Assembly (NCBI GenBank): GCA_040954595.2
Contig: CM082586.2
Span: forward strand, 8,153,337 to 8,217,336
Length of the DNA: 64,000 bases
Reading direction: 5' to 3'
Source of the DNA: Balanoglossus misakiensis
Taxonomy: Eukaryota > Animalia > Hemichordata
A program made the translations under genes and the position numbers. Positions 50,811-64,000 of the stretch are shown piece after piece (the stretch's first letter is position 1; each line of letters starts with the position of its first letter). The notes below the pieces were generated by a model. That model saw only the letters and a program-made list of their open reading frames with translations, did no database searches and had not been told where the DNA came from.

Positions 50811-51606
50811 AAGCTCGGGCTGTCTCTCATTTCCAAGCATACATGTATTTGGATGGTAAGTGCTATAATTTGAGACTAGTTTCTCACTGGAGCAACAGAT
50901 TCAACATCTTTTATTATATGACAGTGCAGCGTTATAAAACTACCATAGCCGACACCACCTTCTCAACTTTAAAAAAAAGAAATTGCTAAATCCAAACCAA
51001 CTGCCCCTAGCAGTAACATAAAAGACCTGTCACAGAAGGTTTACTTATTCCGGGTGTTCAAGGACTTGGGATCATTGACAAACTCATTACTGGTCCCCTT
51101 TGGAGGGTTTTGGAGACGACCACAGCATCATGTATTTCAATGATCAACTGCTACAGCTGAAACTTGGTCTTGAGCAATCCTTCAAGCTTCATTGCTGGTT
51201 CTATTACGGGTACAACCAAGCGGTTGTCTCTGATGAAATTGTTGATTCCATGGCAGAGGTTCTGTCAAACATGTGTCTCTTCTTTGTGATGAAACAACAG
51301 ACATATCTGTACAGAAAAAGCTGGTAATGTACCGAGTATGTAATTAAAGTAAATAGTGCTTCATTTCAACCAGAAACTCACTATTATGACAGTGTTGCAG
51401 TACCTGATGGTAAATTGGCATATAAACAATAATAGATAGCAGGAAGAAAATAATGTTAGTAGACTGGCTGCAGGCCCCTTGGGTCTGATGGGGCAAGTGT
51501 GATGGGCAGGCATGGTGGGGGTGAAAAACAAGTCTCTTACAAAAAGAAAATCCTAGATTAGTAAACATTCACTGAGTGCATAGCCAACAGGTCAGCTTTT
51601 ATTTAT

Positions 51607-51738
51607 TACAGACGTCTCAATGCCAAAACCATTAAGGACACTTATGCATTACTCCGGGTACTAGATACGCTTGACAACCTTAGTGAAGCGAAGTGGTTTT
51701 TGTCGCTGGATCTACAGTCTGGATATTACCAAGTAGAA
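51607..51738 (+). pseudogene. Ty3/Gypsy reverse transcriptase fragment
   Basis: YRRLNAKTIKDTYALLRVLDTLDNLSEAKWFLSLDLQSGYYQVE. Confidence 0.85.
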
Positions 51739-51749
51739 TGTTAGCAATG

Positions 51750-53330
51750 AATGTTTCATTGCTGTCTCTATTGACAATGTTGACAAGCTAAGTTCATATA
51801 CAGGTACAACAGGACAACAGTACATACTAAATGACGACCCAGCTAGGTACATTTCCAGTTTGAAAGAAAGAATGTCAATGTTCACAACAGAAGAGACTGA
51901 AGTTTCAAATGTTGTTTATTTGGATGTGCTTGACCTGCCAGCTGACAATATAGAAACCATGAAATCTGTTCTGAATAAACTATATACCCAGTTTGGTGTT
52001 GGCAAGTATATTAATTATCTGGTAGTAGTCGGAGATGGCAAAACATATGACTACTTACTAAAATTTCATGGCTTAGATTTGGCATGGTTACTATCTTACC
52101 CTGGGGACTGGCACATTCTTAAAACCTTTCAAGCTGTGTTAATGAAATGTATCTAGATGCTGGGTCGAAAGAACTTGTCACTCTTTCCCATTTTGGAGAA
52201 ACTGCTACATCAGTAATGCAAGCTACCAACTTTGAGAGAACCCACCGATTTTTACTGCAAGTATGGGAAGCAATATACAGAGTGGAAATTGATAAATTCT
52301 AGAAATACAGGAGCGGTGATCAGCAATCATGCATGCTATCTGAACAAGAAATATATGAAATATGCTTTGATTTGCTGGATGATACTGCAGGCTTAGCAGA
52401 AATAAGAGAACTTCACTCAAAGAAAAAATTATCTGGCTTTGAGGCAGAGTTTGACAGCTTTACGCAGAACTGCATGGCAAAAAACAGCACCTGGAAATTT
52501 GGGCATGATTTCATACACAGGGACATGATGACATAATATTGCATTATTCATATCTATAAAAAAATAGAAATTTCAATTTGCATAATACAGCTCTCAAGGA
52601 AATGACACCACTGTTTCACAGTTTTGACAGGTTGAATTACCTGAGGCTTGTATGTGCTTGAGGGAATGGAGGAAAATTTTAGCTCTTCCATAAACTTTGA
52701 AAATGTTGTGCTTGCCAGTTTGGATAATCTTGATATTGGTCAGCCATATGCTGGTGTGTCTGCATCTGAGAAAAGAGCTGACATTTCTGTCAGTAATCCA
52801 TCTGGAGGGAATCGGTAAAAAATTAAACTATCTGGATGACATAGAAAATTCATTGGATACAGACCCCTATGCTCTCAGCATCTTGCGGATTTAAAATGCT
52901 TCCCTCCATCTGTTGTCAAGTATTTCTACAGTGGGGGTTTTGCTGTCAGTCTGTCAGGTAGAAAATGGAAATGTGTTGCCCTGGACGAATGCCATGAAAT
53001 GTGCATTAATAAAGATGTGAAAGAAGCCATGCGCTCCACACAAAGAGAAGCACTTTCCAGGCTCACATTCTTTCTTCCCCACAGGGCATTGCTTCACAAA
53101 AATATCAAAAAAGCAAATATTTAATGATGCAAGTATGTCATCCTCCCATGAGTCACTCTCTGAAAGGAAGCATACAGAAATGAATATCAGATCATATATT
53201 GACAAATTAGTAGGATCAAATAAACTTTTTGATCCTTCATCTTGTGGCACTGACTGTCTTAGTCATCTGTTTTCAAATAAAACACTCAATGGTAAGGATG
53301 CACATGATTTATTAACATTCAGGATTGTGG
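51750..53330 (+). pseudogene. decayed DUF6589/Academ-like transposase
   Basis: SIDNVDKLSSY...LVVVGDGKTYD...PGDWHILKTFQAVLMK...VALDECHEMCINKDVK, with many stops and frameshifts. The family assignment is from memory. Confidence 0.55.
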
Positions 53331-55859
53331 GTGCATGGAGCACCTTTTCTCCCCTTTAACACCTTGGGAAAGGCAGATCAGAAGTTCTGCCTAAATTCTA
53401 CTACTACTACTAATAATAATAATAACAATAACAATAATAATAATCTAAATTTTTAAATGAGTGGGCTGGATTCAAAACTAAGATAAGGAGTCTTTGGAGC
53501 ACATGTTCAGAGCAAAGTGAAAAGATGGCGGCGAGATGTGTGAATAGTGGTGACATTTTTGAAACAAAGTCAAGGGGATTTAAAAGACATTCTCTTGGGA
53601 AAAATATCACAAGTGCTGAGAGTGTTGGTGATGCCCTGGAGCACCTGTTCTCCCCTTTACCACATCCTCTTGTGAAAAGAAGATCAGAAGTTCTGCCTAG
53701 ACATTTGTACCAGGTTTGCTTCCTCCTACTACAAAGAGCAAGAAACAAGCAGATATAGAGTGAAGCAGCTGGAAAACAATTCCACATTCGGAATGCAGAA
53801 GAGCCTTTTTTATATGCAAAGAGGAAAAGAAACACACCAACACGAACACCAAGATCAATTACGAGGAACAAATCAGATGAGGCAAAAACAGAAGGAAGGA
53901 AGGTTAGTGGAGAAAGCAATTTTATCTTCAATATTATGAAGTAATTTTTCCAGTGGTTATTTTGAATAATTATATCACTCTGAATACATTATAGGAAAGG
54001 GATAAATTTGCTCAAAAATGATAGTACTGTAAAAGACTTTGCATATTGTATTCAGTGACCTTGACATTAAAAAGAATTGCTAGAGATGAGAAGGCTGCCC
54101 AAAGGGAAGCTAGGATGACAGCAGACAATGCCTCTCTAAAGACAATGAAGGAGCTGGGTTTCTGCAATGTTAGGTGTGATGTATACAGATGACTGCTTGC
54201 TCTTTTAAGGATAACATTGACACAAGTGTGTATATTTTTCACTTGGTTAAAATGCAGTAAATCTCACCACAACATTTTCTATATTGCCTGTTTTGTGATG
54301 AGGAAGGAGATCAGGGTGAATATGACACCTCAATGAATGCTGACGTTTCAGGTTTTGGATTGTCTCCAATGGACATTGGTTATACATCCATCGATTCTGA
54401 CATCAGTGATAGTGACATCTGTGAAATGGCTGGAGGGATTCAACCTGTACCATCTACATCTACCCCCTTTCAGATTTAGTACACATATTTCTATGGCTTT
54501 ATATACAAACATTGTCTCCATCCTTTGTTCATATATACCAGTCATTTGCTGGAAGAGAGTTCAAATTATGGGCCCAGGTGGTGTTGTGTATTCTTGCTGG
54601 ACACATACCCACCCAATATTTGACACTATGGCATCGTATTGGTGAGGTACGACTGTCATGACAATGACTGACATAATATCATCCAATAACCCCAGTAACA
54701 CCAAGCTGGGCAAGACTATGTTTGACCTCTACCAGTCCACCTTAGACAAGATGCAATGTTTACACACCCTTTGGGTTCAGGGTAGTGAGAATGTGATTTT
54801 AAGAAAGAAGTAGAGAACCATACGCAGACTAGTTAGTGTACCGTGGATGATCCCAGAAAACTCTTTGGTAAATCAGTCCTCTAACGTTAACAGTGTTTTG
54901 ATGATGACCATGCATGTCCCCCAGTGGTATGTACACGAAGCCAAAGTTATCATATAATTTCTTTAAATTCCTTGGCAACTAAATATCAAATTAAATATGT
55001 TGATACACCAGATGACATTTCCAAATTTGATTTGTTATCTAATCTCAAGAAGGGGGATTGAATAATTAAAGAGAGTGCTAGTGCAATGTATTTAAAATCA
55101 GACAATGTATACTCAAGTGCTCAGATTCATTAAAGTTAAATTTCTCATTTTATTTGATTTCCGCATATGCCAGAATCCATACGACTCTGACTGGTAACTT
55201 GTAATAAATGTACAAATTACTGACATGAGTTGCATATATAATATAGTGATAATCAATTTTATACACAGGGTGGAAGACAAAAAGAATATAATCTGACCTT
55301 TGACCTGCTGGAATTCAAATGCAACAAAATTGTATGAAAAAAGATATGAAAACATTAACATTATAACCAGTTCTTTACCACATACCGGTACAGTGTAATT
55401 GGACTGCTGAGTTGGTTTTATTAGAGAGAATGTTTACTTTTTATTTAGTTAATTCCATGTGTGCATCTGATGAAGGGGACTACATGTCCCCGAAAGCTCA
55501 TGCTGTAGTTTCAACTCGTTGGTCACAGCGTGCTACATAACTTTAATTCATCTATAGGAAGTCATCATTTCAAAATGAAGGACTACATCATGTATCTCAT
55601 TAGGCATTGGACCATATGTAATTTTTGTCAAGGCAGGGAGTGTAAAAAACATGAAAATATAAGTCTTAATTCAGACATTCCAAAAGAAAAGTGGATATAA
55701 TTCCTGGCTGAACGTGCATATTGGGTGCCATGTGTTAACTTATTATTTAGCTATATTATTTGTTCAAAAGTCGTTATTTAACATACTTATATGTATGTAA
55801 CTATAGATTTGCAAACCATTTAAGTCCTGATAATTTATTTAGAAATAATTTCAAGTCGA

Positions 55860-57410
55860 TATAATTATATACATAAAATGTATTTTATGCTCTTTTATTT
55901 ATATATAATAAATTATTTATAAACAATATCAGTGTCAGTCTATTATATGCATATAATAAATAATTTACACATTTATTTATATATAATATATTATTTACAA
56001 ATAATTAAAGTGCAAGTCTTGTATATACATAATCATAAATGATTTGCACAATTATTTATATATAATGATTTATAAATACATAATAAAAATTTAAGTGTAT
56101 TATATATATATCATGAGTGATTTACATAATTATTTATATATAATGAATTATTTATAAATAATAAAAATGTAAGTATATTATATATGTATCATGAGTGATT
56201 TACATAATTATTTAGAGAATAATGAACGCCCCAAAGACCCATAATGGACGAAAGCACACATTGTGCGTCATAATATACGAGGCGAAGCCGAGTATATTAT
56301 GGAGCTAGCACAATGTGTGCTTGAGTCCATTATGGGTCTTTGGGGCGTTCATTATTCTCATTATTTTATAGTTTTGTCAATGCCAGTGAATTTGCAGACT
56401 TCAAAAAGTATAGGTGCGAACAATTCAGACTCGGACACGGAGATCGAGAACAGAGCAATGGCGTACGCGTAAACAAAAGGTCACCTGATCGCGGTGTATC
56501 AGTGTACTGTACATTTCTAGTATCATATTCAAACATCAGGAAATAAATAATGAAGTTTTATTTACGCATGTGAACATTCATTTAAGGGTTCTGCTGAAAT
56601 ATATCTGAAAAAGTTTCGATTTTTGTGTAATCTTGGGGAGGACTCGGGGAATATTTGAATTCGTTTGCGTTCTCAGGAAAGTTCACGTATACGGGCGCTC
56701 GGAAGGTTGCAATACATAAACAAACTCGCCCTCGATCGACCCTTCGTACCGCGTAGACAACATGACAGTGACACTTGCGGCATAATTTTTTTTACGTATA
56801 GCTTCGTTGACATGACTGCTTGGTACATGGTACACGGTATGTATGGTGAACGAATGTCAAATCCAGCATCATCGAGAGGTTTGCTTTACGTGCGTGAGCG
56901 AGCCATGTTGACTGCGCGTGATTCAAGAGCAGACGACATGTACTGCAGCCGTAGGAAGACAAAATAAACAAAACGCCAGTCGAGGACAGATTTGGAAATT
57001 AATAAATATCGCCGTATTTATTCTGTGTACGTTTGCATTTCTTTTTTTAGCCCTCTAAATGTTCGCATTGTCAGAAAACTTCCGTTATTCAGTCGGAAAT
57101 TGTACACGTCCACTGGTTCTTGGGTGCGTCGCGCGTCCATCGAATAACACGATACATTATCAGTAATAATGTATGGCTATGACGTCACAAAATTCACTAG
57201 TATTGATAAAGCTATAATATAATTATATATAATGAATTATTTATAAATAATAAAAATTTAAGTGTCTTATATATATATAATGAGTGATTTACATAATTAT
57301 TTATATATAATGAATTATTTATAAATAATTTAAGTGCAAGTCTATTATTTACATATAATGAATTACTCACATAATTATTTATAAATAATGTATTATATAT
57401 AAATAAGTGA
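55860..57410. repeat. AT-rich degenerate minisatellite interrupted by the hairpin element
   Basis: Units such as ATGAGTGATTTACATAATTATTTATATATAATGAATTATTTATAAATAATAAAAA occur on both sides of 56215-57212. Confidence 0.75.
56215..57222. mobile_element. non-autonomous element with terminal 145-nt hairpin and asymmetric subterminal inverted repeats
   Basis: Hairpin 56215-56359 with a GGC-GAA-GCC apex. TATTTTATAGTTTTGTCAATGCCAGTGAATTT (~56362-56393) is an imperfect inverted copy of ~57190-57222. Confidence 0.65.
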
Positions 57411-60400
57411 TTTCTAAACCATGAAAAAAATACACTTGCGCCGTTTTTCAACTTATTATTTGCTGCCCTTCATTATTTACGCCTGTTCACACAACCCCTT
57501 GCATTTGGATCATTACGCACACATATAGTCCCCACACGTGAACAAGAAATGCACATTACGTGCCGTCATTTCATTTTTAATATGCTCCTTTCAAAGGTTA
57601 GATGAAAACTAGACAGTGATTTTAGCCCGTGATTGCAATGTTTGATTGAAACGCGAAAAGCTGATCGAAAGCTCCACATTGTGGCCCCAAGGTCAAAGGT
57701 TGGCCGGTCATTAGGATCACGCATCACAAGAGCATTATAACATCAAACTTTGCTTATTAATCCACGAAATTTAAGGATTATAATATTACAGGGCAACGTT
57801 ATATGTTTTATAATCATAACATACAATTACATTTTCAGTAGAGATATTTGTCTGAGATGCTTAGTTATTGTCGTTGGTGGTGTAACATAGCTGTGCAGCA
57901 GTGAACACAACACATGGCCTACACTGCACTGTAACTTGTAAGCGAGAATAATGGATGAAAGGCAACGTGGAACCTCTGATCGCGATCAGGGATCCGACTT
58001 AGCTGCAATAGTCACCCAAGCCGTGTTAACAGCTTTGCAAAGTACTAACTGTAGTGGCACTTCTTCAAGATTTAACTCGGCGACTGATGGCCAACCCGCA
58101 ACGCGTCTGTCCACCAACTCGTGCTCACGACTTAGTATCTCGTGCTCACGAGATAAAACATTTTTTTTTCTTTACGAAATGTCCCTAACGGGCTTTCACA
58201 CAATGGAAACAATGCTGTGCGCTTATTAAGTCTTGGCAGGTCGCCAGTTTTGGCTTCAGAAGTCGGACAATGATTGGCCTTCTCCTTATCTTTATGGTAA
58301 TCAATAAATGTTAGCAGACACAAGTGCGGGTTGCTTGATGTCTTTATCAGACATGTCCTTAAAACAAACATGCATAGCTGAACTGCCAGTCTTCCGTTTG
58401 ACTACAGTGGAACTTCTATTAATAGAATATGTTGAACGGGTTCACAATTTGAAGGGGGTGTGGCGCAAAATTTTCTGTCAATGAGGTAACACAGTATGGT
58501 CATAGTATGGGGTGAGATCCCAGCCAAAATAAATTTATTTATTAATTTAGCTACAGTTACTATGGTAAATTGAGATCAAGCCAATCACAGATTTCAGTGG
58601 GTGGCACCATATGTTCTTCAGAATACTCAGACACGCTATTTTTTGCCATTTATGGACATATGTAAATTGGAGGTGGCCGTGTACCTTTAACTGAGGCTTC
58701 GGTCAAAATCGCATGCTCGAACGACAAAAGCGATCTCGAGACACGGGTGAACCAACACAAGTTGTCTGCCACCAGACATGTGTTGTCATCATTCCTCTGG
58801 GCCTGGTGTTTTCACAAGTGTAGAACACACAACATAGACACAGGTTGGGCCGTAACTTGTCAACCGAATTATGTTTAAAACGCCCATTGAGTTGACTGTT
58901 GGGACAAATACTGACAATGAGGCAATTACGCATGAATTATTGCCTGATTATAGGGATAGATGTGACGAATTTCAAAAGCCTAGTTGTACTATACGAAACA
59001 GTGACAGGCATTGTGCAATTTTGTTTTCCAAAGCGGTTTTAATCAGGACACTGTGAGCAAGTAGGAAGGGAACCAAAACTGACATTTTATGATGTCATTG
59101 ACCAGCTACCTGCAGGACGACGCATTGTGTCCATGTCTGGCCTAAGGTCAAGTTTCGATAGTATTTAAGACTTTGCATGATAACGAAACACGTTTATTAG
59201 CACAGAGGGAGTTATAAGGTGTTCCACCCTGAGAGAAAATTTAGCCAAATATCCCGAAGAACTGTTTAAACGTTAAAACACCGAAGTTACTACACGCCAT
59301 AGATCAACTCATTTAAAATGGGGGTGGTTTCCGACGAAACCAAGGAATCCTCACACATGTCGTTATCAAAATCACTTAAGCTCCCCTCCCTCAGAATATG
59401 GCTGCTTCAAAGAAAATTGCTAATAAATCTGGGTATAATAAACTGCCAAAGTTTAAGTCATATCAACAAACTTTTATTGAAGTCTTTGTATCAGACAGCC
59501 CATATTTCTTGTCAACAAGCCATAAAATGTGGGTTGACATTTCAATGAGGTCATATAAAGATTACTGTATAGCACGGGCATAGGGAATAAATGTATAAGG
59601 TAATTAAACTAACAGCCGCAATCTACATTGATTTCCTTATTCCTGTCTGTAAGTCTCTGATTCTAAATGCACATCGGGTCGAAATTTGCCAGATTTAATA
59701 ATAATATGTACCAATAGAAACAATCCTGTGCGCTTCTTAAGTCTTGGCAGGTCGCCAGTTTTGGCTTCAGAAGTCGGTCAATGATTGGCCTTCTCCTTAT
59801 CTCTATGGTAATCAATAAATGTTAGCAGACACAAGTGCGCGTTGCTTTATGTCTTTATCAGACATGTCTCAAAACAAACATGCATAGCTGAACTGCCAGT
59901 CTGCAGTTTGACTACAGTGGAACTTGTATTAGTAGAATATGTTGAACGGGTTCACAATTTGAAGGGGGTGTGGCGCAGAATTGTCTGACAATGAGGTAAC
60001 ACAGAATGGTCATAGTATGGGTGAGATCCCAGCCAAAATACATTTCTTTATTAATTTAGATACAGTTACCATGGCAAATTAAGATCAAGCCAATCACAGA
60101 TTTTCTGTGGGTGGCACTATATGTTCTTTAGAACACTCAGAAACGCTATTTTTGCCATTTATGGACATATGTAAATTGGATGTGGCCATGTACCTATAAC
60201 TGAGGCTTCGGTCAAAATCACATGCTCGAACGACAAAAGCGAGCTCGAGACACGAGTGAACCAATACAAGTTGTCTGCCACCAGGCATGAGTTGTCATCA
60301 TTCCTCTGGGCCTGGTGTTTCCACAAGTGTAGAACACACAACATAGACACAGGTTGGGCCGTAACTTGTCAACCGAATTATGTTTAAAACGCCCATTGAG

Positions 60401-62832
60401 TTGACTGTTGGGACCAATACTGACAATGAGGCAATTACGCATGAATTATTGCCTGATTATATGGATAGATGTGACGAATTTCAAAAGCCAAGTTGTACTA
60501 TACGAAACAGTGACAGGCATTGTGCAAGTTTTTTTTCCAAAGCGGTTTCTATCATGACACTGTGAGCAAGTAGGAAGGGAACCAAAACTGACCAGTTACC
60601 TGCAGGACGACGCATTGTGTCCATGCGTGACCTAAGGTCAAGTTTCAATAGTATTTAAGACTTTGCGTGATAACGAAACACGTTTATTAGCACATAGGGA
60701 TAGATGAGACGATTTTTTTTGTCATTTGATGTCATTGACCAGTTACCTGCAGGAAGGTCAGGTTTCACTAGTAGACTTTGGCACAGAGGGAGCTGTATGG
60801 TTCGACCCTGAGACTACAACATTCAGCCAACTATCTTGTAAGAACTGTTAAAACACCGTTATAATTAAACTAAAGAACGAAATTTGTACAACTCACAGAT
60901 TAGTCAATTGGAAATGGACGTGGTCTTCCACGAAACCATTGAAGGAATCGTCGCATACATGTATGTCGTTATCAAATTCACTTATGTTCCCTCCCCAGAA
61001 TATGAATGATTCAAAGAAAGTTGCCAATAAATCCTGTGTTAATTTATAACAGCCAGAGTTTTAAATTCATATCTCCAAACTTGTATTGCAACAGACGACC
61101 CATAGTTCTTGTCAACAAGCCAGAAAATAATTATTCACATTCCAATTATTTCATATAGATATTACTGTATAGTCGGACAAGGGGTCATACAAGGGAATTA
61201 AACCAACAGCCGCGATCTACATGTACATTGATTTCCCTATTCCTGAGTATGAGTCTCTGATTCTAAATCCACGTCGGGTCAAAATTCACCAGATTTAGTA
61301 ATAATGTCTATCGATAGAAACAATGCTGTGTTCTTATTAACTTTTTTGGCGTACCAGGCAGGTCGCCAGTTTCGGCTAAAGAAGTCGGTCAATTATTGGC
61401 CCCCTCCTTACCTCCATGTTTATCAATAAATGTCAGCCAGTCAGACATGTCTTAACACAAACATGCATAGCTGCAAAAACTGACAGTCCGCCCTTTGACC
61501 ACAGTGGAACTTGTATTAATAGAATATGTCGTAGGGGTTTACAATTTGTAATACGGGGGTGGGATGGGGTGGGGTGGGGTGGGGCGCAGACTTGTCTTAC
61601 ATTGAGAAAACCCAGAATAGTCATAGTTTGTGAAGGGGGGGGGGGGTGAGATCCCAGCCAAAATACAGTGCACGTGAAACCTGTCATTACGGACGGACAC
61701 CTTTCTATTAAGGACAGATTTTTCAAGACAAATGTCACTGTTGGAATAGAATTTTACCTGTCTATTAGACTAGCCCACTAGTCGCTTTTGAATCTCAATA
61801 CTTTTGTGTTCGCGTTTTTTTTGTCTTAATAAATAATTTCAAAACTTTTTTGCGTGCATGCTTGCTTTGAGCGTGTTTCTAGTAGTGAGTTTAGTTTCGA
61901 ATTTTGGACTGAGCTCACGGTTTCGGTTAGCGTCGACCAAGCCTACGCGTTCCCTTGACGTACATACGCGCTCACACTCGGTGACTTTTACTCCACACAC
62001 GGTATATAGAGAAATTCGGAACAAGTTTTTAAAATGTATTTATTACGAAATAATGAAACCCACAGACTTGGAGCAAGTCTACCTGTCTATGGACGCCTCT
62101 CATATTTTCGGTTCCCAGAGGTGTCCTTAATAGATAGGTTTCACATTTATTCTTATATTATTTGTTTATTTCATCATGACTTTGCAATTATTTGATTATT
62201 TCCTTTTCTTTTAACATTAAACTAAATTTGAAACTTCAAACCAATCACTCAGGTGCGAGTGTTAGTTTAGCTTAAAGGATGCCGAAAATGCAAAGTGACA
62301 AAATAAACCTGATAATCGCACTTCATATATGAACCATTACAGACGGGCCACGACATGCAATCATCTCAACGATGCTGCGGTGGGACACGTACATGCACAA
62401 TCATGCCAGGTCGTGCATGTGAGCGCTAATGTCCGTGAAAAAATATTCTAGACTGACCAACTCCAGCAAAATTCGTCTGGTCTTATGGGTAAACGTGCAT
62501 GGAGACACGTGTATTGGTCAGAACGTTTGACGTCAACGAATTCACTGACATTGACAAAGCCACGCAATCATAATATTGTATGTCCCAATGGCCCATAATG
62601 GATGGGTTCAAGTACAAGCTGTGCTCTATGTAATGTATGCTGCCGTCCATGATGGGCCGTTGAGGCGTACCTTGTTGATTAATAAATATGCGTGTATCTC
62701 ATACCATAATCTTCACTGTACATGTCTGGTACGAAGTCCAATAACTCTAACCGGCCAAGATGGCGAGCAGTTACGAGCGTATTTCGGTCGAGCTTAATGC
62801 ATTTAGGTGATATTGTATGTTTAGATATAACC

Positions 62833-63130
62833 ATGGCAACCACTAGCACAGATATCCTTCCCCTCAGGGCTTTATTCCTCAGGTTACATAACGAACTGGG
62901 AGAGGAAGAGGTAGCAATACTCAAATATTTACTGTCTGGAAGCCACATTGATGAAAGAGACGCGGAGAAGGCGAGGAATGCACTGGACTTATTCAGGCAG
63001 CTAGAAAAGCGTGGTCATGTGTCGAATACGAATGTGGAACTACTTGTAAACCTGATGAAACATTTAAAACTCGCACAGTTACAGGAAGAAGTGGAGGAGT
63101 TCCAGAGACAATCAACTTCAATGGTAGCAG
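62833..63130 (+). CDS. exon 1 (DED) of copy D; remainder beyond the window
   Basis: MATTSTDILPLRALFLRLHNELGEEEVAILKYLLSGSHI...LEKRGHVSNTNVELLVNLMKHLKLAQLQEEVEEF. The exon is 298 nt with a G/GTAAG donor, as in the other copies. Confidence 0.85.
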
Positions 63131-64000
63131 GTAAGGCGTTTATAGACTGTACCACTACCAGTGTGTTTAACAGGCAACTACATGTACATGCCGCCATTGT
63201 TGCAGACTGTAACTTAGGGAATTAGGCCGCGTCGCACCGTCGACAGATTTTGGAACGTGTCGTTTGAGAGCCAATCCATTTTAAACGAAATATGTTAAAT
63301 GCGGAGCATATTCAAACACAATGGAAGTATTTTGATTATACATTGCTTTTATAATTTCGAATTAATCCGATTAGAAAAGGAAGTGCACGCAGACATTTGA
63401 AATCATGATTCTATTAAACTGAGTGCATACGTGTGTCAACATGAGACCAACCCCTGGCAATTAATCAAGTACTTGAATCGTGTCTCGCCATGAATAAATC
63501 GCTGGCATTATCGTGAATTCCACGGTGTCGATGCACAGGTATCAGGCCTGGGCGGCTACCCCGGGACATAATAGTCAATTGAGTTCTTCTCACCCATCAC
63601 TTAGCTTAGTGCCCGGTGGGTAAATGTTCAGGGGGTAACTGTCCTAAAACCGTTTGCACTACTTTTTGTCCCTACAATCATCAGGACTTTACCAATAATG
63701 TCAAAAAGTCACTAATACTTCGCTGCTGTCAGAATCGTACGCTGTTTCGTCATTCAATCGCAGCGGAAAATGCCAATTTAATGTAATGAACTCCGTCATA
63801 ACATACTTGAGTTATTCAGGACTCTACTATATATATATTTAAAACCAGTATTTATTGGTTTTTATCAGCAAATGGTGTATTCATATAAACAGTGACAGAG
63901 TGAAACGAGAGTGCCGTTAACTGCACGATTAGTCTGACTTTAAAACGGAAACTGCCATCTGGGGATTGAACGCCGTCACAGCGTATTTGGAGAACAAATC

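Larger units (their letters stand above)
48756..58200. mobile_element. ~9.4-kb composite block of decayed TE fragments replacing part of the spacer
   Basis: Spacer homology stops after GACCTAAG (~48755) and resumes at ~58201, skipping several hundred bp of the normal spacer. It contains the fragments listed separately. Confidence 0.7.

Noticed and set aside
54560-54650. WTHTHP as a JAB/MPN metalloprotease motif
   Set aside because: The downstream S..D part of the motif is not evident and the surrounding frame is broken.

Overview
Eukaryotic, intron-containing, AT-rich animal DNA, probably a marine invertebrate (an ambulacrarian or amphioxus-type deuterostome is my guess; inference only). The window is a tandem array of a five-exon gene on the + strand. 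There are three apparently intact copies (A 13308-19984, B 29821-36153, C 41233-47336), a truncated first exon (4204-~4375) and the first exon of a further copy (62833-63130). Splicing at canonical GT-AG sites in compatible phases gives ~1030-aa proteins with the order DED / basic micro-exon / TRADD-N-like domain / coiled-coil linker / two B-boxes / coiled coil / filamin / six-bladed NHL propeller, with no RING. Paralog differences cluster at the predicted ligand-binding face of the NHL propeller, which suggests a diversified innate-immune sensor family wired to death-fold signalling. The spacers and introns hold many mobile elements. These include an RTEX-like LINE with a 2A StopGo peptide, an in-frame TAG between ORF1 and ORF2, and a solo LTR in its endonuclease region. 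There is also a split-direct-repeat (Ngaro/PAT-type) retroelement with an intron-split gag, Crypton remnants, MITEs, two long hairpins with tandem G.A mismatches, and two ~9-kb blocks of mixed TE fragments. Domain and family names come from recognising motifs by eye, not from database searches.
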